Part shown: piece by piece, positions 29,893 through 39,529 of the stretch | How positions within the stretch are numbered: the stretch's first letter is position 1 | How the letters are laid out: each line of letters begins with the position of its first letter | From: an uncultured Candidatus Saccharibacteria bacterium | GTDB lineage: Bacteria > Patescibacteriota > Doudnabacteria > UBA920 | DNA length: 64,000 nt | Direction: 5' to 3' | Assembly (NCBI GenBank): GCA_964416765.1 | Contig: CAYQEU010000002.1 | Coordinates: 14,877-78,876, forward strand | Notes under the pieces: model-generated | Told to the model about the DNA's origin: nothing | Seen by the model: the letters and a program-made list of their open reading frames with translations, nothing else | The model's database searches: none | Program-made: the position numbers and the translations under genes

Positions 29893-30134
29893 ACAACCAC
29901 CTCCTTCTTTGCGGACCTTAAGTGCTTATGCTGCTGTTTGGTCAGATACGACAAAACCCACTCACGGGTGGTTAACCAGTTGCGGGCAATTTTTATGGCT
30001 CTTAAATGTCCGGTGCGGGCGCGGAAGCTTAGATATTCCGAGGAATAAGGGGTAAGGCTAGCAGCCTCGGAAATTGAGATCAAATCGCTCAAATCACCAG
30101 AAATCACATAGGATTTGTGATCCTTTTGTAACAT
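29889..30134 (-). CDS. Small helix-turn-helix DNA-binding protein (excisionase/MerR-superfamily-like), 81 aa.
   Basis: 'ISISEAASLTPYSSEYLSFRARTGHLRAIKIARNWLTTREWVLSYL' is an HTH_17-like pattern. Its stop overlaps the next gene's start as ATGA. Confidence 0.55.
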   Translation of the reverse strand: MLQKDHKSYVISGDLSDLISISEAASLTPYSSEYLSFRARTGHLRAIKIARNWLTTREWVLSYLTKQQHKHLRSAKKEVVV

Positions 30135-30263
30135 TTTATGTAATTTTGTTTTTGTTTCTTTGATTTATGGCTAATTTTGGCCAAAAACCATATTCGCTAT
30201 CCGATACTTTTCTAACCTAAGTATACCAGAAAATAGACAAATTGTCAATATTTAAGCCTGTAT

Positions 30264-31544
30264 TTAAAGGAGAAGGGTCAGCAAAATACAGACAGCAAGC
30301 AATAAACTACTTAAAACTGCCGTAATTATGAGGAAATTGTGGTAATTGCCAGTTTTTTCTACGGCATTAGCGCCTATTTCCAAGGCTGGCACCAGCCTTT
30401 TTCTGATTTCAAATTGTCCGGACACTGTTTGAATGAGCTTTTTGGAATCGTCAAACAGATTAATTGCGTATGTGTACGTTCCGGGTGGAAAATTCGGCAG
30501 CGTTACCTCAAAAGTTTGGTTGCTCTTATTAACTGAAAACAGGTACATATATTCGGGTCCGGACAATTCCCTGCTTTTAACAGCAATAATTATGCTTGAA
30601 GTTGCTTGGGGCACGCTTGTTATGGGAATCGAAATCGTCAGATTGGATAATTCCGGTACCACAGCGCTAAAAGGATCCAAGGAATGTATGCCATGGTCAT
30701 AGGTAAAGATGAAGTTTTTGAGTTCGACCGGCAAAGCAGGCTTGGTTGCGGCGGGAATAAATTTAGTATCAACCACGGGGGCCCTCACTTGCCCGCTATT
30801 CTCGCTGTACCAAAGGATTATGGCGGTTACAAGAGACCCAGAAGAATAATTGCCGGCATGGTCGCGGGAAAACACCGTGTAGTAATATAGCACGCCTGGG
30901 TTGGCGGTATTGTCTTCTATGGCAAGATGATTGCCCTCATAAATCACCTGACCGTTAAGGGGGTCCAGAGGGAAAAATCTGTCAGAACGGACCACCCGGA
31001 CAGCCTCAAAATCTTTCTCGGGCGGGGCAGTCCATGACAAACTAATCCGATCGTTTAATGCTGTGGCCACCAAGTTTGAAACATTCGAGGGGGGCGTGGT
31101 ATCCGGCGCCAACGTTGTAGTAAACTTTTCCGAATAGAATACAGACCGGCCATAGGGGTCTGTGGCAACTATTTGGTAATAGTAATTGGTGCCCGGTTTT
31201 AAGTCCGGGATAAAAGCGGAGTCTTCTTTTGTAAACTGCTCGGTGCTAACCTGGCCGTCCGAATATTCAGTGTTTCTGCCCCATAGGACGCGAACCAGAC
31301 TGACAATGCTGGTATGCCAGGAAACAATCGCGCTGTCTGATTTGGCCTCCACAGAGACATTGTATATTTGATTAGGCTCTGTACCTGTCCCACCCCCGCC
31401 GCCGTTGTTATTGGGAGGAGCATTCCCAAGAATAGGCTGAGTAACATTTAGGCTGCCCGTGGCGGCGAGTGTAATTAAAGGCAGACAGAGAGCACTTAAA
31501 ACAAAAAAACCCAGCACCAGGGTTTTGGCCAAACGACTTCCCAT
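30264..31544 (-). CDS. Fibronectin type III-domain surface protein with a C-terminal TM anchor (426 aa).
   Basis: Signal peptide. Two FN3-like units ('YNVSVEAKSDSAIVSWH...GTNYYYQIVATDPYG', 'SNLVATALNDRISLSWTAPP...YYYTVFSRDHAGN'). C-terminal 'LIITAVLSSLLLAVCILLTLLL'. Confidence 0.7.
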   Translation of the reverse strand: MGSRLAKTLVLGFFVLSALCLPLITLAATGSLNVTQPILGNAPPNNNGGGGGTGTEPNQIYNVSVEAKSDSAIVSWHTSIVSLVRVLWGRNTEYSDGQVSTEQFTKEDSAFIPDLKPGTNYYYQIVATDPYGRSVFYSEKFTTTLAPDTTPPSNVSNLVATALNDRISLSWTAPPEKDFEAVRVVRSDRFFPLDPLNGQVIYEGNHLAIEDNTANPGVLYYYTVFSRDHAGNYSSGSLVTAIILWYSENSGQVRAPVVDTKFIPAATKPALPVELKNFIFTYDHGIHSLDPFSAVVPELSNLTISIPITSVPQATSSIIIAVKSRELSGPEYMYLFSVNKSNQTFEVTLPNFPPGTYTYAINLFDDSKKLIQTVSGQFEIRKRLVPALEIGANAVEKTGNYHNFLIITAVLSSLLLAVCILLTLLL

Positions 31545-31546
31545 AA

Positions 31547-32302
31547 TTATAAAGGCAAGGCCGTTACTATTACCGTGGTTGTGTAAGACCCTCCGGGCTG
31601 AAGATGGTTATTGCCGGATTCGGCTTTCATTTTAACGGTAGTGGTGGTTCCAGTCGGGTGGTTACCGCTGGTCCGCTGGGCGATAGGCTGGTCGGAAGTT
31701 GAAAGAGCGCCCCAGCATTGGTCTACCGAGTCCAATACGCCTGCGTTGCATGAACTCCCATTATCCCTGAACTTCTGTATTATATCTGGTCCTTCCGGGG
31801 TAAAACCAAATTCGCTGTCGGAAGAATTGACCGTCCAGGTGTAATCGGGGTCGCTGCCGGCCGGGGTGTAATCGGCGAAGCTACTGGTTCCACTTTTCAG
31901 GGCCGGGGAAGTGGTGGCGCGTACATTAAGGGTATAGCCGGCAGGGTTGTCGGTTATTACAGTCCAGCTGGTGCTACCGGTACCGGACCCCCCTGAAACA
32001 CCACTGATAGAAGGACTTAAAGCCACATCCGATGCCTGGGTAATAGAAAGGTAAACATTTTGCACAGCCAAAAACCCGGAATTGATTTTATAACTTGAAC
32101 TGGCAGCGTCACCAGTACCAACTTCGCCTATACTATCGACGGCTTGGTAAGAAGCGGAATTGGAAAGCCCTCCCCCAACATCAACAGAATCGACGGGAAT
32201 TTTATAACTGCCGCTGCTCATTTGAGCCATGCCAGTATGGCCGGAAACCAAAAAAAGCAGCAACGCTATGACAACTGCCAAACTGAACCTATTGCCAAGC
32301 AT
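31547..32302 (-). CDS. WxL-like secreted surface protein (251 aa).
   Basis: Signal peptide. First motif 'GSTSWTVITDNPAGYTLNV'. C-terminal 'PGGSYTTTVIVTALPL' (compare WxL 'GNYTGTLTWTL..AP'). Confidence 0.7.
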   Translation of the reverse strand: MLGNRFSLAVVIALLLFLVSGHTGMAQMSSGSYKIPVDSVDVGGGLSNSASYQAVDSIGEVGTGDAASSSYKINSGFLAVQNVYLSITQASDVALSPSISGVSGGSGTGSTSWTVITDNPAGYTLNVRATTSPALKSGTSSFADYTPAGSDPDYTWTVNSSDSEFGFTPEGPDIIQKFRDNGSSCNAGVLDSVDQCWGALSTSDQPIAQRTSGNHPTGTTTTVKMKAESGNNHLQPGGSYTTTVIVTALPL

Positions 32303-32305
32303 AAA

Positions 32306-33283
32306 CTACTTTCTCCGTCTTATTTCAAAAGACCGTAATATGATGCGGAGAAGCAATGCCACAAGAAGGATTGCAATGACTATAGCGACCAAGATTTTCC
32401 ATGGCAGGATCCAAAATACTATAGTTTTGGAGTCAACTACATCCGGCGAACTCTTGTACCCACGATTTAAATTTATAGTGGCGGTATAGCGGCCAAACGC
32501 AAATCCGGAATCATCCCAGGAAATCTGCGCCGCGCGGAGAGAATCGGGCAAACTAAAGAAGGGGGTTACATCCAGTTCAGCCACTTTCTTGCCGATAATA
32601 TTTTTAATAATAACCTTACCGCTTGGGGTTAAATGGACGCTACTGTTATTTTCAAAAAGCGCCTCAAAATTATAGGGTCCTTTTTCATAAACCGATTTTC
32701 CGTCTTCCATTCGGAAGTCGGCCAAATGGGCGTCTTCCTTTACGCTTCCAGCCACCCTGACGAAATATAAAGCTCCAAGCCGCGAAACCGTTTTGGCATC
32801 CGTAAGATCCTGTCCCCCTGTACCTTCTGAAGAAGAGGATACCAGGACTGAGCCGTATAATCCGCCTGGTTCGGCATCCAGCGGGATGGAAAATTGAATA
32901 TTGATATTGGCCCGTTGTTTAGATTTAAGCTTAAACGTTTTTACTTCGGGCTTTATGAAATCCTTTAAGGAATAAGGCCCTTTATCCGAGCCTAACAATA
33001 CCACTACCTGTTTGGGATCCTGAGAACCCTTAAAGTCTTCGACATCAATGCTAAATAGTTTTTCACTATCAGTACGATTAACTATGGAGAGAGTTTTGGT
33101 AATTTTGTCTCCGGGCTTAACGGAAATTTCGGTTTTTGCCGGTTCGAGAACAAAATCATTCCTCACCTCAACCGTCGCGTCCTTTATCTCCAAAGCCTTA
33201 GCGGGATGAGAATATAAAAGCAAACCCGACACTGAGAGTGCCAGGATAATAAATTTGGGGTATGAGCGGAAAGGTCTTGCCAT
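32306..33283 (-). CDS. DUF916/CscA-like cell-surface protein (325 aa).
   Basis: Signal peptide, beta-rich domain, 'FAFGRYTATINL', 'FWILPWK', then a TM and 'RSFEIRRRK' tail. Paralog of 9605-10621. Confidence 0.65.
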   Translation of the reverse strand: MARPFRSYPKFIILALSVSGLLLYSHPAKALEIKDATVEVRNDFVLEPAKTEISVKPGDKITKTLSIVNRTDSEKLFSIDVEDFKGSQDPKQVVVLLGSDKGPYSLKDFIKPEVKTFKLKSKQRANINIQFSIPLDAEPGGLYGSVLVSSSSEGTGGQDLTDAKTVSRLGALYFVRVAGSVKEDAHLADFRMEDGKSVYEKGPYNFEALFENNSSVHLTPSGKVIIKNIIGKKVAELDVTPFFSLPDSLRAAQISWDDSGFAFGRYTATINLNRGYKSSPDVVDSKTIVFWILPWKILVAIVIAILLVALLLRIILRSFEIRRRK

Positions 33284-33287
33284 GTCT

Positions 33288-33938
33288 CTACTGAGCTGTT
33301 GCTGTAGCGGTTATGGTAGCGCTATAAGTTCCCGCCGCGGCAAAGATACCGTTTTGTTCGGTGGCCACGCATATATTGGTAGCTGTTCCGGAAGTCCCCG
33401 TTGGTGAACTGCTGCTGGAAATCTGATCTGCAGAACCAGTAAGGTCGAAGTCTCGCCATTTCAATGTTGTACTGGGAACATTTGCGCCGGCAACACAATC
33501 TGAGTCTGTACCCCAGGTACCCGTAGGGGTGTGGGTTCCAAATGCTGAGTAGCCAAATTCAGCCGCACTGGAAACACTCCAGGTTTCTGGAGTTTCTGAT
33601 ACTGCTGGGGTGTAGTCAGCGATGTTGCCGCCGCCGCCAGAACGGGAAAGGGCTGGGGCGGTAGATGCATACACCGTAAGATTATATCCGCCAGCGGAGT
33701 TTGTGGTAACAGTCCAAGCTGCTGTACCTACGGAAGTATTTTGGGAGGTGGACAGGGCAGTCATGGTAATATCAGACGGGCTGGAAATAGTAATCCCGGT
33801 GGTAACACTCTGAGTGACGTCAATGCTGTCGGATGCTGATTGCGCGTAAGTATCGGAAGGTTCAATCAAGGAAAATACCAGCCCTACAATGAAGACTGCT
33901 GAGATTAGAATGGCGGCTGCGGGAATGACCTTTTTCAT
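33288..33938 (-). CDS. WxL-like secreted surface protein (216 aa).
   Basis: Signal peptide. 'GTAAWTVTTNSAGGYNLTV'. C-terminal 'AAGTYSATITATATAQ'. Confidence 0.7.
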   Translation of the reverse strand: MKKVIPAAAILISAVFIVGLVFSLIEPSDTYAQSASDSIDVTQSVTTGITISSPSDITMTALSTSQNTSVGTAAWTVTTNSAGGYNLTVYASTAPALSRSGGGGNIADYTPAVSETPETWSVSSAAEFGYSAFGTHTPTGTWGTDSDCVAGANVPSTTLKWRDFDLTGSADQISSSSSPTGTSGTATNICVATEQNGIFAAAGTYSATITATATAQ

Positions 33939-33997
33939 GGATTTAGGGAAGATTTATTTTAATTTCTCTTATAGTTATGGGGGTTACCCTTGAAAAT

Positions 33998-34006
33998 ATT
34001 ATAGCA
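33998..34006 (-). promoter_or_regulatory. Extended -10 promoter (minus strand: TTTATGCTATAAT) for the 33938->16766 surface operon.
   Basis: TGnTATAAT about 60 nt upstream of the first WxL-like gene start. Confidence 0.45.
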
Positions 34007-34097
34007 TAAAAAACAAAAAATTCCCCATACAGGGCAAACAAAAGAGACGCGGAAGTTATGGCTTCGCGCGCCTCTCGAGTGTAAAATCCAGTGTTTG

Positions 34098-34355
34098 TTA
34101 AGTCCAGTCGCATTGGTCATAGGGTATCTCCATCAGTCCTTCGGCACCCGTTACGGACGCCCAAATACCATGGCAGCCCCAGTATGCCCGAACGACAGCG
34201 TGTTTGCCCGCGAACCGGTTGGCTTGCCGGGCGTAGTTATTGTCCGGCTTTTCTGCCTTCAGGATACGGAAAGTCCGTCCCAACGGCGGCTTTTTGCTGC
34301 TGTTGTACATGAGCTTCTCGCTTCCGGGAGGCTCAGTGAACGGAAAATTCGGCAT
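34098..34355 (-). CDS. Small hypothetical protein (85 aa, 3 Cys).
   Basis: GGGAGG RBS immediately upstream of the ATG. Begins 10 nt after the JmjC stop. No recognisable domain. Confidence 0.4.
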   Translation of the reverse strand: MPNFPFTEPPGSEKLMYNSSKKPPLGRTFRILKAEKPDNNYARQANRFAGKHAVVRAYWGCHGIWASVTGAEGLMEIPYDQCDWT

Positions 34356-34365
34356 AGTCCTCCCT

Positions 34366-35343
34366 TCATACGGTTTCCAGGAAACCCACCTGGGTTAGAT
34401 GGGAAACGAAGTCGTGTATAGCTTTCCCGCTCCGGGATGCCTTGAAGTGGTCCAGAACCTGCTTGCCGGTAAACGACCCGCGGCTCTCGATAAATTCAAA
34501 CCACGGCAGGCACTCCACCGGAAACTCCAGTTTGACCCGCTTGGTTTTTACCCGGCATTGCCCGTCGCCCGCAACCTGCGCTTTGAGGCGCTTGGTCGTG
34601 ACTAAACGGAAACGCTGGTCCAACGCAAAATCCTGACCCGTGAATGCCGCCAGCGACACCTTGGACAACCGGTTGTCTAGACCGAACTTGCCCAACTGCT
34701 TAACTCCCACGGTAAGGTGGAAGGAATGCAGGTTTTCGGTCGCTTGTGCCTGGTGCCAGAAGAACCTTGGGATATACAGCACCTGACCTCCCTTCAGGAC
34801 AAAGTCCATGAGAAGTTCATCGGGCGATCGTCCATATACCCACCACCGTTTTTCGCCCTCGACCTGCACAATGAAGACATCGTGCGAATCTTTGTGCTTG
34901 CTAAAGGTAGTGGAATTCTGGAGTCCCCAGTAACCGTTGACGTGCACGGGGAGCTGCATTTCCCGCTCCAAATGGTACGCCATCTCGCCTAAGCGGGAGT
35001 GATGCGCTTCCAGGTTTCGGGCAATTAAGCCGTAACCATCTTTTAACAGCTCGGGAACAATCCTTTCGTTGAGTACGAAAAAGCTATTCCCTTCGCGCCG
35101 CTTGTGCTTGTGGTCGAAGATATAGAACATATCTTCCGGCCGCACATAACGGTTATTTTTTACCAACTCCAGCTGGCTGGGAAGGAGCTGCGAGTGCCTA
35201 ATAACATTCGACAGCTCGGACGAGGAAAACAAGTTTGCCACATACGCCGGGTTGGCGTTGAACAAACACGGCTGTTTCTCAAACACTTGCCTGAGAAATT
35301 TAAGGGGAGAAGACGGGTAAACCAACTTGCTCAACACTTTCAT
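34366..35343 (-). CDS. JmjC/cupin-domain oxygenase (ribosomal-oxygenase YcfD/RoxA-like), 326 aa.
   Basis: Start trimmed to the ATG at 35343 ('MKVLSKL...') with an AGGAG RBS. 'SKHKDSHDVFIVQVEGEKRWWVY' is the JmjC Fe(II)-binding HxD motif region, with a later His. Confidence 0.7.
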   Translation of the reverse strand: MKVLSKLVYPSSPLKFLRQVFEKQPCLFNANPAYVANLFSSSELSNVIRHSQLLPSQLELVKNNRYVRPEDMFYIFDHKHKRREGNSFFVLNERIVPELLKDGYGLIARNLEAHHSRLGEMAYHLEREMQLPVHVNGYWGLQNSTTFSKHKDSHDVFIVQVEGEKRWWVYGRSPDELLMDFVLKGGQVLYIPRFFWHQAQATENLHSFHLTVGVKQLGKFGLDNRLSKVSLAAFTGQDFALDQRFRLVTTKRLKAQVAGDGQCRVKTKRVKLEFPVECLPWFEFIESRGSFTGKQVLDHFKASRSGKAIHDFVSHLTQVGFLETV

Positions 35344-35383
35344 ATTATCCGCTCCTGTTCGGGTTGTAGAATTCGATCGTAAA

Positions 35384-35404
35384 ATAAAAACCCTCAGCGA
35401 GGGC
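35384..35404 (-). terminator. Putative terminator after the 16S rRNA.
   Basis: Minus strand GCCCTC-gct-GAGGG followed by TTTTTATTTT. About 150 nt past the 16S 3' end. Confidence 0.4.
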
Positions 35405-35550
35405 TTCTGTTTGACAGCAAGATAGCGAAAAGAAAGTGTAATACAATTACGTCGTTTCAGTATTGTGCATCTATATAGATAGATGACGACCACGGAATGT
35501 CCTAGTTCGGATTCGAAAATCAACGAACATCAGAAATTATATTCCTTAGA

Positions 35551-37014
<1,464 letters not shown>

Positions 37015-37503
37015 GATCTTTAAAAAAGATTTCAAGAGGTTGTTCCACACGCTACACACCATAGTGTTGCGTGCTTATGATTATCGTTTAAAAACGACTC
37101 ATTATGAACTGGCCATGTTTGATTTTTATAAACGTTCAAACATGAAAACGTTTGTCTGCTTTTATTACAGACGGAGTCATTGAACTCTAAGAATTGACGT
37201 AATTTGTTGTCTACAATAGTTCCTCTATAAATAGAGTTTGTTTTGTACGAATTAGCCTCAGGCCGAAGCCTTTAGCCAAATTACATTTCTTTTCGCTATT
37301 TTGCTGTCAAAGTACGATTCAGTTTTGGGGATTTTGGGGCTATAAAAAACACACAAAGTTTCCCTTGTCGTGTTCGATTCTCCGAGTTGCTCGGACCTTC
37401 TGCAATCTCGGCTCTGCGAGAGAGCGATACACAGAAGTAGAATTTACGATCTGTTTATGCCTTTTTTAATCTCCTAATGGATTACTGAATTAAATCCTCA
37501 ACA

Positions 37504-37532
37504 ATAATAAAGGTTTTGGCGGGTCTTGTCAA
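37504..37532 (-). promoter_or_regulatory. Candidate rRNA promoter (minus strand: TTGACA-17-TATTAT).
   Basis: -35 TTGACA is the rc of 37527-37532 and -10 TATTAT the rc of 37504-37509. A roughly 490-nt AT-rich leader follows before the 16S 5' end. Confidence 0.35.
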
Positions 37533-37554
37533 GGGCTGGCCCCAGAAAAATTTA

Positions 37555-38178
37555 CTATTTTTGCTCCAGGCTAATCCAGAGGTATCGAGAGGCCACGGTG
37601 CGATGGGGAGCCCATTTTTTAGCGATTTTCTCCATCTGTTTTGGGGTGGGCGGTTGCTTCAGTCCATATATTTTTTGGATGGCATTGCGCAGCCCCAGGT
37701 CGCCCACCGAAAACACGTCGGGTCTGCCGAGACTGAACATCAAAAACATTTCCGCTGTCCAGCGCCCAACGCCTTTGATCTTTACAAGCTGTTCTATAAT
37801 TTCCTCGTCTGTTTGGCGGTGAAACTTGCGCGGCGTCACTTGTTTATCCCGAAACGCTTTGGCTATCTCTTTAATGTACTTTATTTTGGAATATGAAAGC
37901 CCGGCGGCGCGCATCTCGGCATCCGATACAGTCAGCACCGCTTCCGGTTGGGGCAAAACTTTGTCGGGGAACAGTTCCAAGAACCGTCCTCGTATTGTCC
38001 GGGCGGCTTTAGTGGAAAGTTGCTGCGAAATAACCGAACTGACCAGCGACATAAAATAATTACGACGAGGTTTAACATCTAACTTCGGCGAAACCGAAAC
38101 GACCCGGTGCAGGACCGGGTCGACTTTTTTGAAATGATTTATGGCGGCAGCCGTGTTAAGCTTCGTCTTCATAGACAT
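37555..38178 (-). CDS. HhH-GPD DNA glycosylase (3-methyladenine DNA glycosylase II / AlkA-like).
   Basis: '...VKIKGVGRWTAEMFLMFSLGRPDVFSVGDLGLRNAI' contains the HhH-GPD motif. Confidence 0.8.
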   Translation of the reverse strand: MSMKTKLNTAAAINHFKKVDPVLHRVVSVSPKLDVKPRRNYFMSLVSSVISQQLSTKAARTIRGRFLELFPDKVLPQPEAVLTVSDAEMRAAGLSYSKIKYIKEIAKAFRDKQVTPRKFHRQTDEEIIEQLVKIKGVGRWTAEMFLMFSLGRPDVFSVGDLGLRNAIQKIYGLKQPPTPKQMEKIAKKWAPHRTVASRYLWISLEQK

Positions 38179-38779
38179 AGGTTAGTTCACTCGGTTGTTT
38201 GTCCATGCGCCGCTGCAATTTTGGCGGGATCTTATGCATAGTTCGGTTCAAAGTTTTATTAAAATGCTCAGCGGGGAAGTGGAGCTGGGCCGCCTGCAGG
38301 AAGTCCCATAAGATTTTTGCGTCGTCCAAAGCCCGGTGACGGTTCTTGATGGAAAAACCAAACCGGTCGATGATGGCATCAAGGTTGTGCCGCTTGTGCT
38401 CCGGAAACAACGCTCGGGACAACCGCACGGTGCACAGGCTATCCATGGAAAAACCCCAGCCGCAACGCGCAAATTCACCCGCCAAGAAACCGTAATCAAA
38501 GCCCGAATTATGAGCCACCAGGATACTGCCTTCCAGATGCCCGGCCAATTCCTCAATAATGTCCTCAAAAGCCGGAGCGCCAATCAAATCAACATCACGG
38601 ATGCCGGTAATCTGGGTGATGAATTCGGGGATTTCAACCCCTGGGTTTACCAGAGTAGAATATTCACGGACCACTTCGCCTTTTTCTACCCTCAACAACC
38701 CAACCTCAATAACCCGGCTGTAAGCTGGGCTTCCGCCTGTGGTTTCAACGTCTAAAATGGAAAAAGTCTTATCGTACAC
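38156..38779 (-). CDS. DnaQ-like 3'-5' exonuclease (DNA polymerase III epsilon family).
   Basis: Exo I 'ILDVETTG', Exo II 'LVAHNSGFDYGFL', Exo III 'HRALDDAKIL'. Overlaps the alkA-like gene by 23 nt. Confidence 0.8.
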   Translation of the reverse strand: MYDKTFSILDVETTGGSPAYSRVIEVGLLRVEKGEVVREYSTLVNPGVEIPEFITQITGIRDVDLIGAPAFEDIIEELAGHLEGSILVAHNSGFDYGFLAGEFARCGWGFSMDSLCTVRLSRALFPEHKRHNLDAIIDRFGFSIKNRHRALDDAKILWDFLQAAQLHFPAEHFNKTLNRTMHKIPPKLQRRMDKQPSELTYVYEDEA

Positions 38780-38873
38780 TTTTTGTTTGATCTATTGTTC
38801 TTGTTATTCAACAAAAGGTTTCTTTCAAGCGATTCGGTGCATCCGCTAAGCGAGAAAGAAACCTTTTATTAAT

Positions 38874-39449
38874 CTATTGGATAATCTTATCGATAATTCC
38901 GTACTTCTTGGCTTCGTCCGCGGTCATGAAGTAATCACGGTCGGAGTCAGCTTCAATTTTCTTAATCGGCTGACCGGTATGTTTGGACAAGATTTGGTTA
39001 ATCTGGTTCTTAATCCGGAGCATTTCGCGGGCCTGGATTTCTACGTCCTTCTGCTGTCCTTCAACGCCTCCCATAACCTGGTGGATCATGATGCGAGCAT
39101 TTGGCAGTGAGTAGCGCTTTCCTTTGGCGCCGCAGGCAAGAAGCACAGCGGCGGCGGAAGCAGCCTGGCCGAGACAGATGGTCGCTACCGGCGCTTTAAC
39201 GTGCTGCATAGTGTCGTACAAAGCGAGAGCGGAAGTTACGGAACCACCCGGGGAGTTTACGTAAATTTTAATGTCTTCCTTGCTGTTTTCGGCGTCTAGG
39301 AAAAGCAACTGGGCAATGATGATGTTGGCGACATTGTCGTCAATCGGCTCGCCCAGGAAGATAATGCGCTCTTTGAGCAAACGGCTATATATATCGTACG
39401 CGCGTTCGCCCATCGGACTCTTTTCAATAACTACAGGGATCAATGGCAT
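38874..39449 (-). CDS. clpP: ATP-dependent Clp protease proteolytic subunit.
   Basis: '[14 protein letters not shown]...[22 protein letters not shown]...IMIHQ' with the Ser-His-Asp catalytic context. Confidence 0.9.
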   Translation of the reverse strand: MPLIPVVIEKSPMGERAYDIYSRLLKERIIFLGEPIDDNVANIIIAQLLFLDAENSKEDIKIYVNSPGGSVTSALALYDTMQHVKAPVATICLGQAASAAAVLLACGAKGKRYSLPNARIMIHQVMGGVEGQQKDVEIQAREMLRIKNQINQILSKHTGQPIKKIEADSDRDYFMTADEAKKYGIIDKIIQ

Positions 39450-39529
39450 AGATTTTCGCCAATTATTTTTTCGTCACCTAGGGCTCACTTACGGTTCCGA
39501 AAAAACAATTGCCTTTCATTTCTTAATGC

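Noticed and set aside
34091-34421. Plus-strand ORFs 34091-34312 and 34095-34421 overlapping the 85-aa minus-strand ORF.
   Set aside because: Only the minus-strand frame has a strong GGGAGG RBS and operon context with the JmjC gene.
37015-37554. ORFs in the 16S leader region (37516-37896 plus, 37526-37822 plus, 36735-37064 plus).
   Set aside because: They overlap the rRNA gene, its leader, or the alkA-like gene on the opposite strand, so they are non-coding.
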